A stretch of 64,000 nucleotides of DNA from Candidatus Aldehydirespirator catecholifindens (GCA_028283245.1 JAPYNU010000065.1:15302-79301), one strand, 5' to 3'. Counted from the first letter of the stretch, positions 21,085-29,210 are shown. The notes: a model not told the origin generated them from the sequence alone. Numbers and translations are program-made.

Positions 21085-21098
21085 TTGGAGCGCTCCAA
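21085..21098. promoter_or_regulatory. candidate LacI-family operator (perfect 14-bp palindrome)
   Basis: TTGGAGCGCTCCAA is its own reverse complement and has the central CG typical of LacI/GalR operators. It lies in the divergent iolE / LacI-regulator intergenic region, 42 bp upstream of the regulator start. Confidence 0.45.
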
Positions 21099-21139
21099 TT
21101 GCATAGCATGTCAGCAGTGAACTGTCAAACCCTAACCTG

Positions 21140-22189
21140 GTGATGTCTATGCAGCGTCCCACAATGCAGGATGTGGCGCGGCGCGCTGGAGTGTCGCGAT
21201 CGCTCGTGTCGCTGGTGATGAACAAGTCACCGAAGGTGTCTAAAGGCAAACGTAGAGCGGTACTGCAAGCGGCCAGCGAACTGGGTTATCGACCGAACCT
21301 GACGGCCCGACAATTGGCTCGTAGACGCACCCAAACAATCGGGGTGCTCGTAGATGATCTACGGAACCCGTTCTTCGGCGAGGTGGTGGACGGCATCGAA
21401 GCTGAGGCCACCGACAACGACTACAACGTGATGATCCTCAACGGCCATCGTGAAGCACAGCGAGAGATCAATGCCGTCGAAACCTTTCTACAGATACAAG
21501 TGGAGGCGATGGCTCTGGTGGGGCCACGCCTCAGCGACGACGACTTTGGCAGCATCGGGGTCACCACCCCGTGTGTGGTGGTAGCCGGTGGCACTCCCCT
21601 CAGCGACGTTTCCACAATCGGCGTCAACGACCATCTCGGTGCCGAACTCGCTGTGCAGCACCTTGCCTCGCTCGGACACTCTCGGATCGTCCACCTAGAC
21701 GGCGGACAAAACATCGCCGCCCGGCAGCGACGCTGCGGCTACCAGTCTGGAATGCGCATCAGCGGGCTCGAACAGTTCACCGACATCCGCAATGCTGGCG
21801 ATAATGAAGCAGATGCTTCGCAAGTGATCGACGAACTGCTAGCCGAAACCGATCCGCCAACAGCCATCTTTGCCTTCAACGACTTGCTAGCAGCCGGTGC
21901 TCTCAACCGACTCGATGAGGCGGGAATCTCGGTGCCATCAGAAATGTCGCTGGTTGGCTTTGATAATACTTTTATCTCAGCGCTGCGGCATTTGTCGCTT
22001 ACCACTATCAACCAGCCAACCCTAGCCATGGGACGACTGGCGGTGGTGACGCTGCTAGCACACCTGTCCGACAACTCCCTAGCTCCGCAACGTCACACAC
22101 TTCAGCCTGAACTCTTCGTGCGTTCCACCACAGGCCCACCTCGGGACCGTGCCTTGCCTAAAGCCTCCACGAAGACGCATATCTTCTAA
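21140..22189 (+). CDS. LacI family transcriptional regulator
   Basis: N-terminal HTH MQDVARRAGVSRSLVSLVMN followed by a periplasmic-binding-like effector domain. It is divergent from the iol operon. Confidence 0.85.
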   Translation: MMSMQRPTMQDVARRAGVSRSLVSLVMNKSPKVSKGKRRAVLQAASELGYRPNLTARQLARRRTQTIGVLVDDLRNPFFGEVVDGIEAEATDNDYNVMILNGHREAQREINAVETFLQIQVEAMALVGPRLSDDDFGSIGVTTPCVVVAGGTPLSDVSTIGVNDHLGAELAVQHLASLGHSRIVHLDGGQNIAARQRRCGYQSGMRISGLEQFTDIRNAGDNEADASQVIDELLAETDPPTAIFAFNDLLAAGALNRLDEAGISVPSEMSLVGFDNTFISALRHLSLTTINQPTLAMGRLAVVTLLAHLSDNSLAPQRHTLQPELFVRSTTGPPRDRALPKASTKTHIF

Positions 22190-22217
22190 TTTGACTAATT
22201 CGACACTTGTATCAGTG

Positions 22218-23654
22218 TCAGGATCTTGGTGTTAAGCGTGAAACCACCCGGCCGTTATGCACCTTCACGTCATAGAGCGTTAACGGTTCTTTGGCGGGAG
22301 CGCGCAACGCCTCGCCAGTCAGCAGATCAAAGCAGCCGTTGTGCTTAGGGCATTCGACCACACAGTCAAGCACCGCTCCCTCGGCTAGGTGGGCCTTACC
22401 GTGAGTGCAGAGGCCATCACTAAGCACGAAAACACCCGCAGGATTTTCCGCCGCATCGCCATCGAGCCGGTAGAGCGCGTAGGTGTCCTTACCATGGTCA
22501 ACACGACGAACCGACCCAGGCGCCAGCGTTTCAGCTGCTCCCAGATCCACTAGGCCGTCGTGGCACTCCCCTGCCCAAGTAACGAACCCGGTATCAACGA
22601 ATGATCTGCCCATACCTTCAGCTTCGGGAATGTCTGGCCGAGGTTCGTCGTATCCGGGATTACGCCATTGACACCTCAGGGTAGCGAACACTCTTCGATA
22701 GGCACTAAATGTTGAACGATCCGCTGGCGCTAGGAACCCTTTGACCTCTTGGTGCAGAGCTGGCAGCGCGTAATAGGGCACCGTGGGGAAGATGTGATGC
22801 TCTACGTGGTAGTTCATATTGTTGTATAGGAACCGAAAGACCGGGTTCATATAGACCGTGCGGGTGTTGTAGCGATGGTCAAGCACATCCTCACGCAGAC
22901 CAGCGTGTTGCAATATCCCGAAGAAGACCACCAGCCAGGCCCCGTAGAAGGTAGGCAGCCCAATGAACAGTGCTGGCACTATCGAACCGACGGCTACACA
23001 CCAAACAGCGACTCCCGCTAACACGGCGATGTAAACCCGAGACTCCCACTTGAGTTTGGGCAGTTCGTCTTCGGGAATGAAGTCCCGTGCGTCTGCGTCT
23101 ATGCGGCCGACGGCGTGTTGCAGGGTTCGCCAGACCGCCTTCGGCAGGATCAGCACCGGCAAATACACCCCGAGCACCTTGGACAGGCTTGACGGGCGAG
23201 GAAAACCGATCTCGGGATCGCGGCCCACGATGATGGTATCTGTGTGATGACGAACATGAGACCAGCGCCACAAAGTCGGCTGACGTAGCAACATGAACGA
23301 AGCGATGTAGTAGACGATGTCGTTGAGCCGTTTACTGGCGAAGGCTGTGCCGTGGCCGCATTCGTGCCAGCGAGAGTCGGCGACACCGCCATAGAGCGCG
23401 CCGTAGACGAAGAACGCGCCAAACGCCCACCAAGTGCCCAACGCGGCCCAGGCCAAATAACCGAAGAGCCCGATCAGGCCAAACCAAGCCAGCACGTCAC
23501 GCGCAGCTCTAGCGTTGCTGCGAACCTGCAGTTCCCGAAGCCTTTCAGGATCTATCGGTGGTCGGAACCATTCAGCCTCAACCAAGCCACGTTCGGTTGC
23601 AAACCGCGAGTCAACACCAGCCAGGCTGTAATCACGAACGTCTGCGACTGTCAA
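22218..23654 (-). CDS. membrane fatty acid desaturase-like di-iron protein fused to a C-terminal Rieske [2Fe-2S] domain
   Basis: Three histidine boxes are present: HECGH, HVRHH and HVEHH. The C-terminus carries CTH-x16-CPKH, which matches the Rieske pattern CxH...CxxH. Confidence 0.8.
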   Translation of the reverse strand: MTVADVRDYSLAGVDSRFATERGLVEAEWFRPPIDPERLRELQVRSNARAARDVLAWFGLIGLFGYLAWAALGTWWAFGAFFVYGALYGGVADSRWHECGHGTAFASKRLNDIVYYIASFMLLRQPTLWRWSHVRHHTDTIIVGRDPEIGFPRPSSLSKVLGVYLPVLILPKAVWRTLQHAVGRIDADARDFIPEDELPKLKWESRVYIAVLAGVAVWCVAVGSIVPALFIGLPTFYGAWLVVFFGILQHAGLREDVLDHRYNTRTVYMNPVFRFLYNNMNYHVEHHIFPTVPYYALPALHQEVKGFLAPADRSTFSAYRRVFATLRCQWRNPGYDEPRPDIPEAEGMGRSFVDTGFVTWAGECHDGLVDLGAAETLAPGSVRRVDHGKDTYALYRLDGDAAENPAGVFVLSDGLCTHGKAHLAEGAVLDCVVECPKHNGCFDLLTGEALRAPAKEPLTLYDVKVHNGRVVSRLTPRS

Positions 23655-23657
23655 GTT

Positions 23658-24629
23658 CTAGCCCTTTGATCCACTGCTCCTTCGATCCACTGCCGGGTCG
23701 CCAGCTGTCGGATCCAACAAATGCTCGGGTGTGTCGCCGCGCAGCCAGGCAGTCGCCTGCTCAAAGGCTTGGCTAATCAGCCGAACAGTCCCTACTGTAG
23801 TTGTCGAAGCGACATGTGGCGTGATGATCACATCGTCACGCCCCAACAACGGATGCTCTTGAGGTAGAGGTTCGGGTTCGGTCACGTCGAGACCTGCGCC
23901 GCTGACCTGCCCCGAATCTAGAGCTGCCAACAGGGCATCGTGATCCACTAGCGACCCGCGAGCGCAGTTGACGATCATGACTCCAGGCTTCATAGCCGCA
24001 ATGCTTTGAGCATTGACCATGTGTCTGGTGTTTTCGTCAGCTGGTGCGTGAAGCGAAATCACGTCGCTGCTGCGCCAGAGATCGTCAAGGCTCACCAGTT
24101 CTCCAACACCTGCAGCAGTGTTGGCATCAAGATAAGGATCATGTATGAGCACCTTCATGCCCAGTGCTTTGGCATAGCGCGCTACCCGACTGCCGATGCG
24201 TCCACAGCCGACCAATCCCAACGTTCTTCGGTCTAGTTCGAGCGCGTCATGCATGAACCGATAACTGTTTCCGTGGATTTGGCTGCCATGCTCAGCGGGC
24301 TTTAGTCGCTTGGCCACCGCAAGCATTAGTGCTAAGGCGTGCTCTGCGGTTGACACAGTGGGCCCGTCAGGAGCGTTGCAAGCAGCAACACCGGCTGCAG
24401 CACAGGCAGCGACCGCAACGTTGTCGTAGCCAATACCCGAACGGGCCACGACCTTGAGCCGGGGCAAGCGGCGACAGGCATCGCCGTCCCAGAGCCCTAT
24501 CGCTCCAACCACGACACCGTCAGCGGCAGCGACATCCTCGGTTATCTCAACTTCTGCGGGTATTGCGACCTCAGCTGGAATCGGTCGATCAACCCAGATC
24601 CGCCAAGTGCGGGCTCTGTCGGACATCAC
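23658..24629 (-). CDS. D-isomer-specific 2-hydroxyacid dehydrogenase (PGDH-like)
   Basis: LGLVGCGRIGSRVA Rossmann motif, NCARGSLVDHDAL and ITPHVAS. Its stop lies 3 nt before the desaturase start. Confidence 0.75.
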   Translation of the reverse strand: MMSDRARTWRIWVDRPIPAEVAIPAEVEITEDVAAADGVVVGAIGLWDGDACRRLPRLKVVARSGIGYDNVAVAACAAAGVAACNAPDGPTVSTAEHALALMLAVAKRLKPAEHGSQIHGNSYRFMHDALELDRRTLGLVGCGRIGSRVARYAKALGMKVLIHDPYLDANTAAGVGELVSLDDLWRSSDVISLHAPADENTRHMVNAQSIAAMKPGVMIVNCARGSLVDHDALLAALDSGQVSGAGLDVTEPEPLPQEHPLLGRDDVIITPHVASTTTVGTVRLISQAFEQATAWLRGDTPEHLLDPTAGDPAVDRRSSGSKG

Positions 24630-24756
24630 CCTGTAAGCCTCAGTCAGCCATGCGCCGTGTTGGCTTAGTGCCTCGTGCGAGGTGGCACGTCCGATTACCT
24701 ATCACGGTGGAGATTGTATGGGGCTGCGCCGCTGAACAAAGCCCCAGACTTGATGT

Positions 24757-25446
24757 TCAGGGTTGAGTGCTCAGCGACTCCGTCACATGCTTCATCAACT
24801 CTCTCCACTCTTCGACAGACACGCGGTTGTCTTCAGACTGTGACGACATCACCAAATGCATTCCAACGCTCAGTGCCTGATACAAAGCGACTACGGCAGC
24901 GGTGCTGATATGAGGCTTGACCAGTCCTGCAGCTTTTCCTTCGGTCAACATTGCACCAATGGTGGCTGCCTGATCATTCAACAAACCCGAAAGCATCTCG
25001 CGATAATTCGAATTGCGTCGCGCGCTGACAAAGGCCTCCAGCATCACATCGCGGACCGCTTCGTTCTCGGGTGACACAAAGTCGGCACTTGACTCAATCA
25101 ACGCATCAATGACAGACGCTCCGCCGACAGGGTGACCTTCGCTGTCGCCAGCGTCATCCTCAGAGCCACGGTCTGGATTCTGGTCGGAGCCCCCAGCAGG
25201 GTCGACATCAATGCACCGCGATGCGATGTAGCGAACCGCATCAACGATCAGGGCGTCCTTGCTGGGCCAGCGCGCATAGATTGCGCCGGTGGTCAGGCCA
25301 GCGCTACGGGCGATGTCAGCGACCCGTGCCGCGTCGAATCCATGCTCGGCGATTGAAGCAACGGCGGCATCCAATAAGCGCTCCGTGGCATCGCTCATCT
25401 GAGTGCCGTCCTCTGGGGTAGCGGTGGCGTTACTGACAGAGTCCAT
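24757..25446 (-). CDS. TetR/AcrR family transcriptional regulator
   Basis: The N-terminal HTH FDAARVADIARSAGLTTGAIYARWPSKDAL is typical of TetR_N. Confidence 0.8.
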   Translation of the reverse strand: MDSVSNATATPEDGTQMSDATERLLDAAVASIAEHGFDAARVADIARSAGLTTGAIYARWPSKDALIVDAVRYIASRCIDVDPAGGSDQNPDRGSEDDAGDSEGHPVGGASVIDALIESSADFVSPENEAVRDVMLEAFVSARRNSNYREMLSGLLNDQAATIGAMLTEGKAAGLVKPHISTAAVVALYQALSVGMHLVMSSQSEDNRVSVEEWRELMKHVTESLSTQP

Positions 25447-25466
25447 CGAATCTCACCACAGGGTAG

Positions 25467-25486
25467 ATAATAATAACTATTATTAT
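25467..25486. promoter_or_regulatory. AT-only inverted repeat directly upstream of the TetR gene (candidate operator)
   Basis: ATAATAATA-AC-TATTATTAT has perfect 9-nt arms. It sits in a conspicuous AT-rich patch (about 25455-25535) in an otherwise GC-rich genome, 21 nt upstream of the TetR start codon. Confidence 0.4.
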
Positions 25487-25633
25487 AAAAGGTGTGTCTA
25501 TAGTTATTATGATAGTAGTTACTACTGACCCCGCGCGCAACACGCGCGCAACACCGGTCAAATCTCCGCTCTGAGCGCGGTGAGAAAATCGCAGATCTCA
25601 CTCGGTTCGGGTTGTGAGCCCGAATAGACCCAC

Positions 25634-26077
25634 CTAGAAGCGGGCGGCAAACCTGCTCAGATTTCGCTTCCAGACAGCGCTTAGCACAGGGCGAGCCACG
25701 AACTCTCCAGCTACCCCACCCATCCACCAAGGGAACCGCAAAGTTTCGCTCCACTCGAAATGTGTGTGCTGCTCATCGTTGTCAGCCGTCACCGACTGCA
25801 GACGGAAGCGCCCAACTCCAGTGACCAGTCCTTCGTGGCGTATCCCCATAACCGCCGCCTCTTGCCATTCGGTGACCTCCACCTTGTCGTCTAGACGCAA
25901 TGGGCCCAATCGTGTCACGCAATCGAAACGAGTGCCGACCCCTTCGGTGGTGTCAGTAGTGAAGCTGATCGACTCGGCATCGCTCATCCATTCAACATGG
26001 CTTTTGATATGGCGTAGGTCTTCCCACACCACCGATTGCTTAGCAGGAACCACCGTTGAGACGGAGATTGTGATCAT
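25634..26077 (-). CDS. SRPBCC (START/polyketide-cyclase-like) family protein
   Basis: About 147 aa. The sequence MITISVSTVVPAKQSVVWEDLRHIKSHVEWM... and its size and pattern fit SRPBCC ligand-binding proteins. Alternative start: TTG at 26092. Confidence 0.55.
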   Translation of the reverse strand: MITISVSTVVPAKQSVVWEDLRHIKSHVEWMSDAESISFTTDTTEGVGTRFDCVTRLGPLRLDDKVEVTEWQEAAVMGIRHEGLVTGVGRFRLQSVTADNDEQHTHFEWSETLRFPWWMGGVAGEFVARPVLSAVWKRNLSRFAARF

Positions 26078-26134
26078 AACTAACGCTTCCAATCTAAGAG
26101 ACGCGATTCGATGCCTGGACTTCTGTCAGCTTCG

Positions 26135-26947
26135 TCAGCCGGTAGCGACTCGGCGCGCCAGAGACCGGAAAGCCATCGTGAACGTTACAAGACCTAAAGC
26201 GCCGATGGCTGCGATGCCTTTGCTTAATGCCGCTGCATCCCATCCTTCAGACAGCAGCGACCTCATCGCCTCAAGCAGATACGTGACCGGGTTCCATGTG
26301 GCCACACCCTGCATCCAGCCTGTCATCAGCTCGCGCGGCAGATACGCAGGGGTCAAGAAGGCGAAAGGAAAGAAGATCAAGAATGACGAGTTCACTGCTG
26401 CAGGGTTTCCGGTGCGAAGAGCAACGGTGTAGGGGAATCCTGTGAACGCCAAGCTCCATGCCACCGCCAGACCTAAGAAGACCAATATCCCCAGAGGCCC
26501 CGTGCCGAAGCTCACTCCGAAGATGAATCCCATGATCACCACGACTATCGACAATCCCAGTGCCAAAACCACGTCGGCGACCATCAGTCCGAGCAGCAGA
26601 GTGGTACGACGCACCGGCGTCACCAGCATTCGGCTGAGGTAGCCAGTCTGGATGTCGATCACGAGCACCGAAGCCCGCGAGATGCCGGTCACCGCAAAGA
26701 TGATGGCCACAGGTATCTGGAAAGCCCTGTAGTCAATGTTGGGAGAGCGCTCAACGAAAGTTTCCAAAGCACCGATGTTGACCACGAAGAAGAACGTCGG
26801 AATTAACAGCGCCGGTGCCAGAGCCTCCGGCTCACGCAAAAGGCTCCGGATTGATCGGCGTGCCACTGTGGCGATATCGCCGACGACACCGACGGGCTTC
26901 GCCGTCACCGCGCCTTCTGCATTGTGGAGCACTTGTTGTCTGTTCAT
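26135..26947 (-). CDS. ABC-2 type exporter permease
   Basis: 270 aa with six predicted TM helices. It overlaps the upstream ATPase gene by 4 nt (DrrB-like arrangement). Confidence 0.75.
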   Translation of the reverse strand: MNRQQVLHNAEGAVTAKPVGVVGDIATVARRSIRSLLREPEALAPALLIPTFFFVVNIGALETFVERSPNIDYRAFQIPVAIIFAVTGISRASVLVIDIQTGYLSRMLVTPVRRTTLLLGLMVADVVLALGLSIVVVIMGFIFGVSFGTGPLGILVFLGLAVAWSLAFTGFPYTVALRTGNPAAVNSSFLIFFPFAFLTPAYLPRELMTGWMQGVATWNPVTYLLEAMRSLLSEGWDAAALSKGIAAIGALGLVTFTMAFRSLARRVATG

Positions 26948-28005
26948 TGTTGTTTGTTTCCTGCTGAGAATGTGTCGGGGTCGGAGTGCTGTAGTTCCGA
27001 GCCGCTGCCGTTGATGGCATTCAGCGCCTCTGAGTTAGCCGTAGACATGCGATAGCCGGTCGCCAGCAAGAACACATCATCCAGTGAGGGTGTGCGCACT
27101 GTAAGCGATTGCGGGTTAAGTCCGGCTGCTGCAAGAGCCACCGCCACACTGCCAACAACTGCAGCCCCGTCAGTCGTGGCGATAGTGAGGCCGCGGCGAC
27201 CTGGGGTGACTGCGTCAACAGCGTCTAGTTGAGCGGTGGCTTCTGCTGCCAGCGCGATCTCTGCGGCTGGAAGGTCCACCACGATGACATCTGCGCCCAC
27301 GGCACGCTTAAGTTCAGTCGGTGACCCTTGCTCTACTATGCGGCCCGAGTCGATGATGCCTACCCGATCCGCCAAAGCATCGGCTTCCTCAAGATATTGA
27401 GTGGTGAGAAAAACTGTCACTCCTAGTTCGCGGTTCAAGCGCCTCACCTCATCCCATACCTGAGCCCGGCTCACGGGATCTAGGCCAGTGGTCGGCTCAT
27501 CAAGGAACAGCACTCTTGGGCCGTGAATCAGCGATGCTGCCAAGTCAAGTCGGCGCTTCATGCCTCCGCTATAGGTCTTGACCCGATGCTCCATCGCTTC
27601 ACCGATACCAGCGAGTTCAACGGCTCGCTCCACAGCCGCAGCACGGTCGGCAGCACTCAAACCGTAGAGGCGAGCCTGCAGGTCAAGAATCTCGCGGCCG
27701 GACTGCCGTTCGTCCAGCGCAGCCTCCTGCAAGGCGACACCGATACGGACTCGCACCTCTCCAGGGCTTTCGACCACGTCGTAGCCAGCGACTCGGGCTT
27801 GGCCTGCGCTGGGACTCAACAGAGTGCATAGCATTAGCACTGTCGTGCTCTTGCCTGCGCCATTGGGGCCTAGAAAGCCGTAGATCTCACCAGCTTCAAC
27901 CTCAAGGTCGACCCCGTCCACTGCTCGCTTGGTGCCAAAAGTGCGCGCTAATCCATGCGCTGAGATGGCTGATTCTCGGTTGACGGCTTGGCGGATCTGC
28001 GACAC
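26944..28005 (-). CDS. ABC exporter ATP-binding protein (DrrA-like) with a C-terminal extension
   Basis: Walker A GPNGAGKST, signature YSGGMKRR, Walker B LFLDEPT. Confidence 0.85.
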   Translation of the reverse strand: MSQIRQAVNRESAISAHGLARTFGTKRAVDGVDLEVEAGEIYGFLGPNGAGKSTTVLMLCTLLSPSAGQARVAGYDVVESPGEVRVRIGVALQEAALDERQSGREILDLQARLYGLSAADRAAAVERAVELAGIGEAMEHRVKTYSGGMKRRLDLAASLIHGPRVLFLDEPTTGLDPVSRAQVWDEVRRLNRELGVTVFLTTQYLEEADALADRVGIIDSGRIVEQGSPTELKRAVGADVIVVDLPAAEIALAAEATAQLDAVDAVTPGRRGLTIATTDGAAVVGSVAVALAAAGLNPQSLTVRTPSLDDVFLLATGYRMSTANSEALNAINGSGSELQHSDPDTFSAGNKQQ

Positions 28006-28257
28006 AGAGCAACAGGCTAGCTGAGCTCAAGCATCCCGCTTCGCTAATCGTGTTACCCCACCGCCTTTCTCGACGGCTGCGGCGGCGTGCCGCTTGCACT
28101 AGTTGAGACGCGTTGGATGCTGCGGCTCAGCTGGTTGGCGCAACAACACTACGCAACGCTCGGCGGCGGTCACGGCACAACCCGTCGCTTCACGCACTCG
28201 CCTTGGCTCAAAAGATTGGTGGCTCTCAGCTGGGGAGACGTGGATTACGGTATACGT

Positions 28258-28431
28258 ATGGTTTCAAACCCTGAAACAACTGAAGAGCGACCAGTTTGGT
28301 TCGTCGGAGCAACGTTTGGCGGCACCGATGACCAAACCGACGACATCACACAGATAGCCAACACTTACAACGCTTGGCGCAGTTCTGGCAGCGATGACTA
28401 CGAAGACGTGCCGGGCTTCGGCAGGGATTGA
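28258..28431 (+). pseudogene. short remnant ORF whose C-terminal half resembles the C-terminal segment of type I R-M methyltransferase HsdM
   Basis: The 57-aa ORF is MVSNPETTEERPVWFVGATFGGTDDQTDDITQIANTYNAWRSSGSDDYEDVPGFGRD. The ...I..IA.TY..WR......YEDVPGF... pattern is one I associate with HsdM C-termini. No methyltransferase core is present. Confidence 0.3.
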
Positions 28432-28437
28432 GACACT

Positions 28438-28859
28438 ATGCAGTTGAACACCGACTTTCTGGAACGCTGCATTCAGACTCTAGAGGCCGCGTTTGAGCGA
28501 CTCCGGAGATTGAGAGAGACGCGATCACCTACGACATTCTCCGAGTTGCCTGCGTGAAGGAGTTTGAGATCATTCAGGAACAGTCAGGGATTTTGCTACG
28601 GAAGCGTCTCCGTGCGTATATGGCCTCTCACCGTGAGGCGGATCAGCTGGCATTCAAGCCGATATACCGTCACGCAGCACGCCATGGCTTGATCACAGTC
28701 GAGGAATGCGAGCGCTGGCTCTCATATCGCAATAGCCGCAACAAGACTGCACATCTCTACGGCGAAGAACTGGCAGAGGCCATTCTGAAGCTAATCCCCA
28801 CGTTCATTGCAGATGCCCGGCACCTTGCAACGTTCGTCTCCGAACCATTCGATGACTAG
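28438..28859 (+). pseudogene. HEPN-domain nucleotidyltransferase-substrate-binding protein (HI0074 family), split by one frameshift
   Basis: Frame 1 from the ATG at 28438 gives MQLNTDFLERCIQTLEAAFERL and then terminates at 28555. The +1-shifted frame is open from 28497 and gives PEIERDAITYDILRVACVKEFEIIQEQSGILLRKRL...RNSRNKTAHLY. This includes the HEPN Rx4H motif (RNKTAH). Joined, the two pieces give a ~140-aa HI0074-like protein. Confidence 0.65.
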
Positions 28860-29190
28860 CCGCTTGGACCTGCCTGACCGCTGGCGACTCCAGCTTGAAG
28901 CGCTGCTAGCTGAGTATGTGCCAGATGTTGAAGTGTGGGCCTACGGCAGTCGAGTCAACGGCAAGAACCACGATGCCAGCGACCTTGACCTAGTGCTCAG
29001 AGGCCCCAACCTCGAACCTATACCGCTAGAGCAACTCGCCAAACTTGAAGAAGCTCTAGAAGAGTCCAATATCCCGATCTTAATAGACATTCAAGACTGG
29101 ACCAGAATCCCTGAGAGCTTCCACACTGAGATCAAACGAATAAACGCTGCCCTAAATCCAGCAGTACCCAATCTCAGCGATGACGTATGA
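28852..29190 (+). CDS. minimal nucleotidyltransferase (MNT, HI0073-like antitoxin-type)
   Basis: The motif VWAYGSRVNGKNHDASDLDLVL matches GSx(n)SDxD of pol-beta-fold nucleotidyltransferases. The ATG at 28852 overlaps the HEPN stop (ATGACTAG). Confidence 0.75.
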   Translation: MTSRLDLPDRWRLQLEALLAEYVPDVEVWAYGSRVNGKNHDASDLDLVLRGPNLEPIPLEQLAKLEEALEESNIPILIDIQDWTRIPESFHTEIKRINAALNPAVPNLSDDV

Positions 29191-29210
29191 AAAGCGATGA
29201 CGTATGAAAA
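29177..29210 (+). repeat. perfect 17-bp tandem duplication (GCGATGACGTATGAAAA x2) spanning the MNT stop codon
   Basis: Read directly: 29177-29193 and 29194-29210 are identical. Confidence 0.9.

Noticed and set aside
22202-22219. GACACT-TGTATC-AGTGTC hairpin between the convergent LacI-family and desaturase genes, considered as a bidirectional terminator.
   Set aside because: The stem is only 6 bp, there are no flanking T/A tracts, and it overlaps the desaturase stop codon. This is too weak to call.
28121-28150. tRNA-like D-arm string (GCGGCTCAGCTGGTTGGCGCAAC) that could mark a duplicated tRNA/att site at the far end of the mini-island.
   Set aside because: It does not match tRNA-Asn (D-arm GCTCAACTGGCAGAGC), and I could not fold the surrounding sequence into a cloverleaf. 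It is probably a chance resemblance.
28087-28431. The full 114-aa ORF as a genuine gene.
   Set aside because: Only the last ~57 codons (from the ATG at 28258) look protein-like. The upstream part (MPLALVETRWMLRLSWLAQQHY...) overlaps the likely promoter region of the ABC exporter and has no recognisable features.
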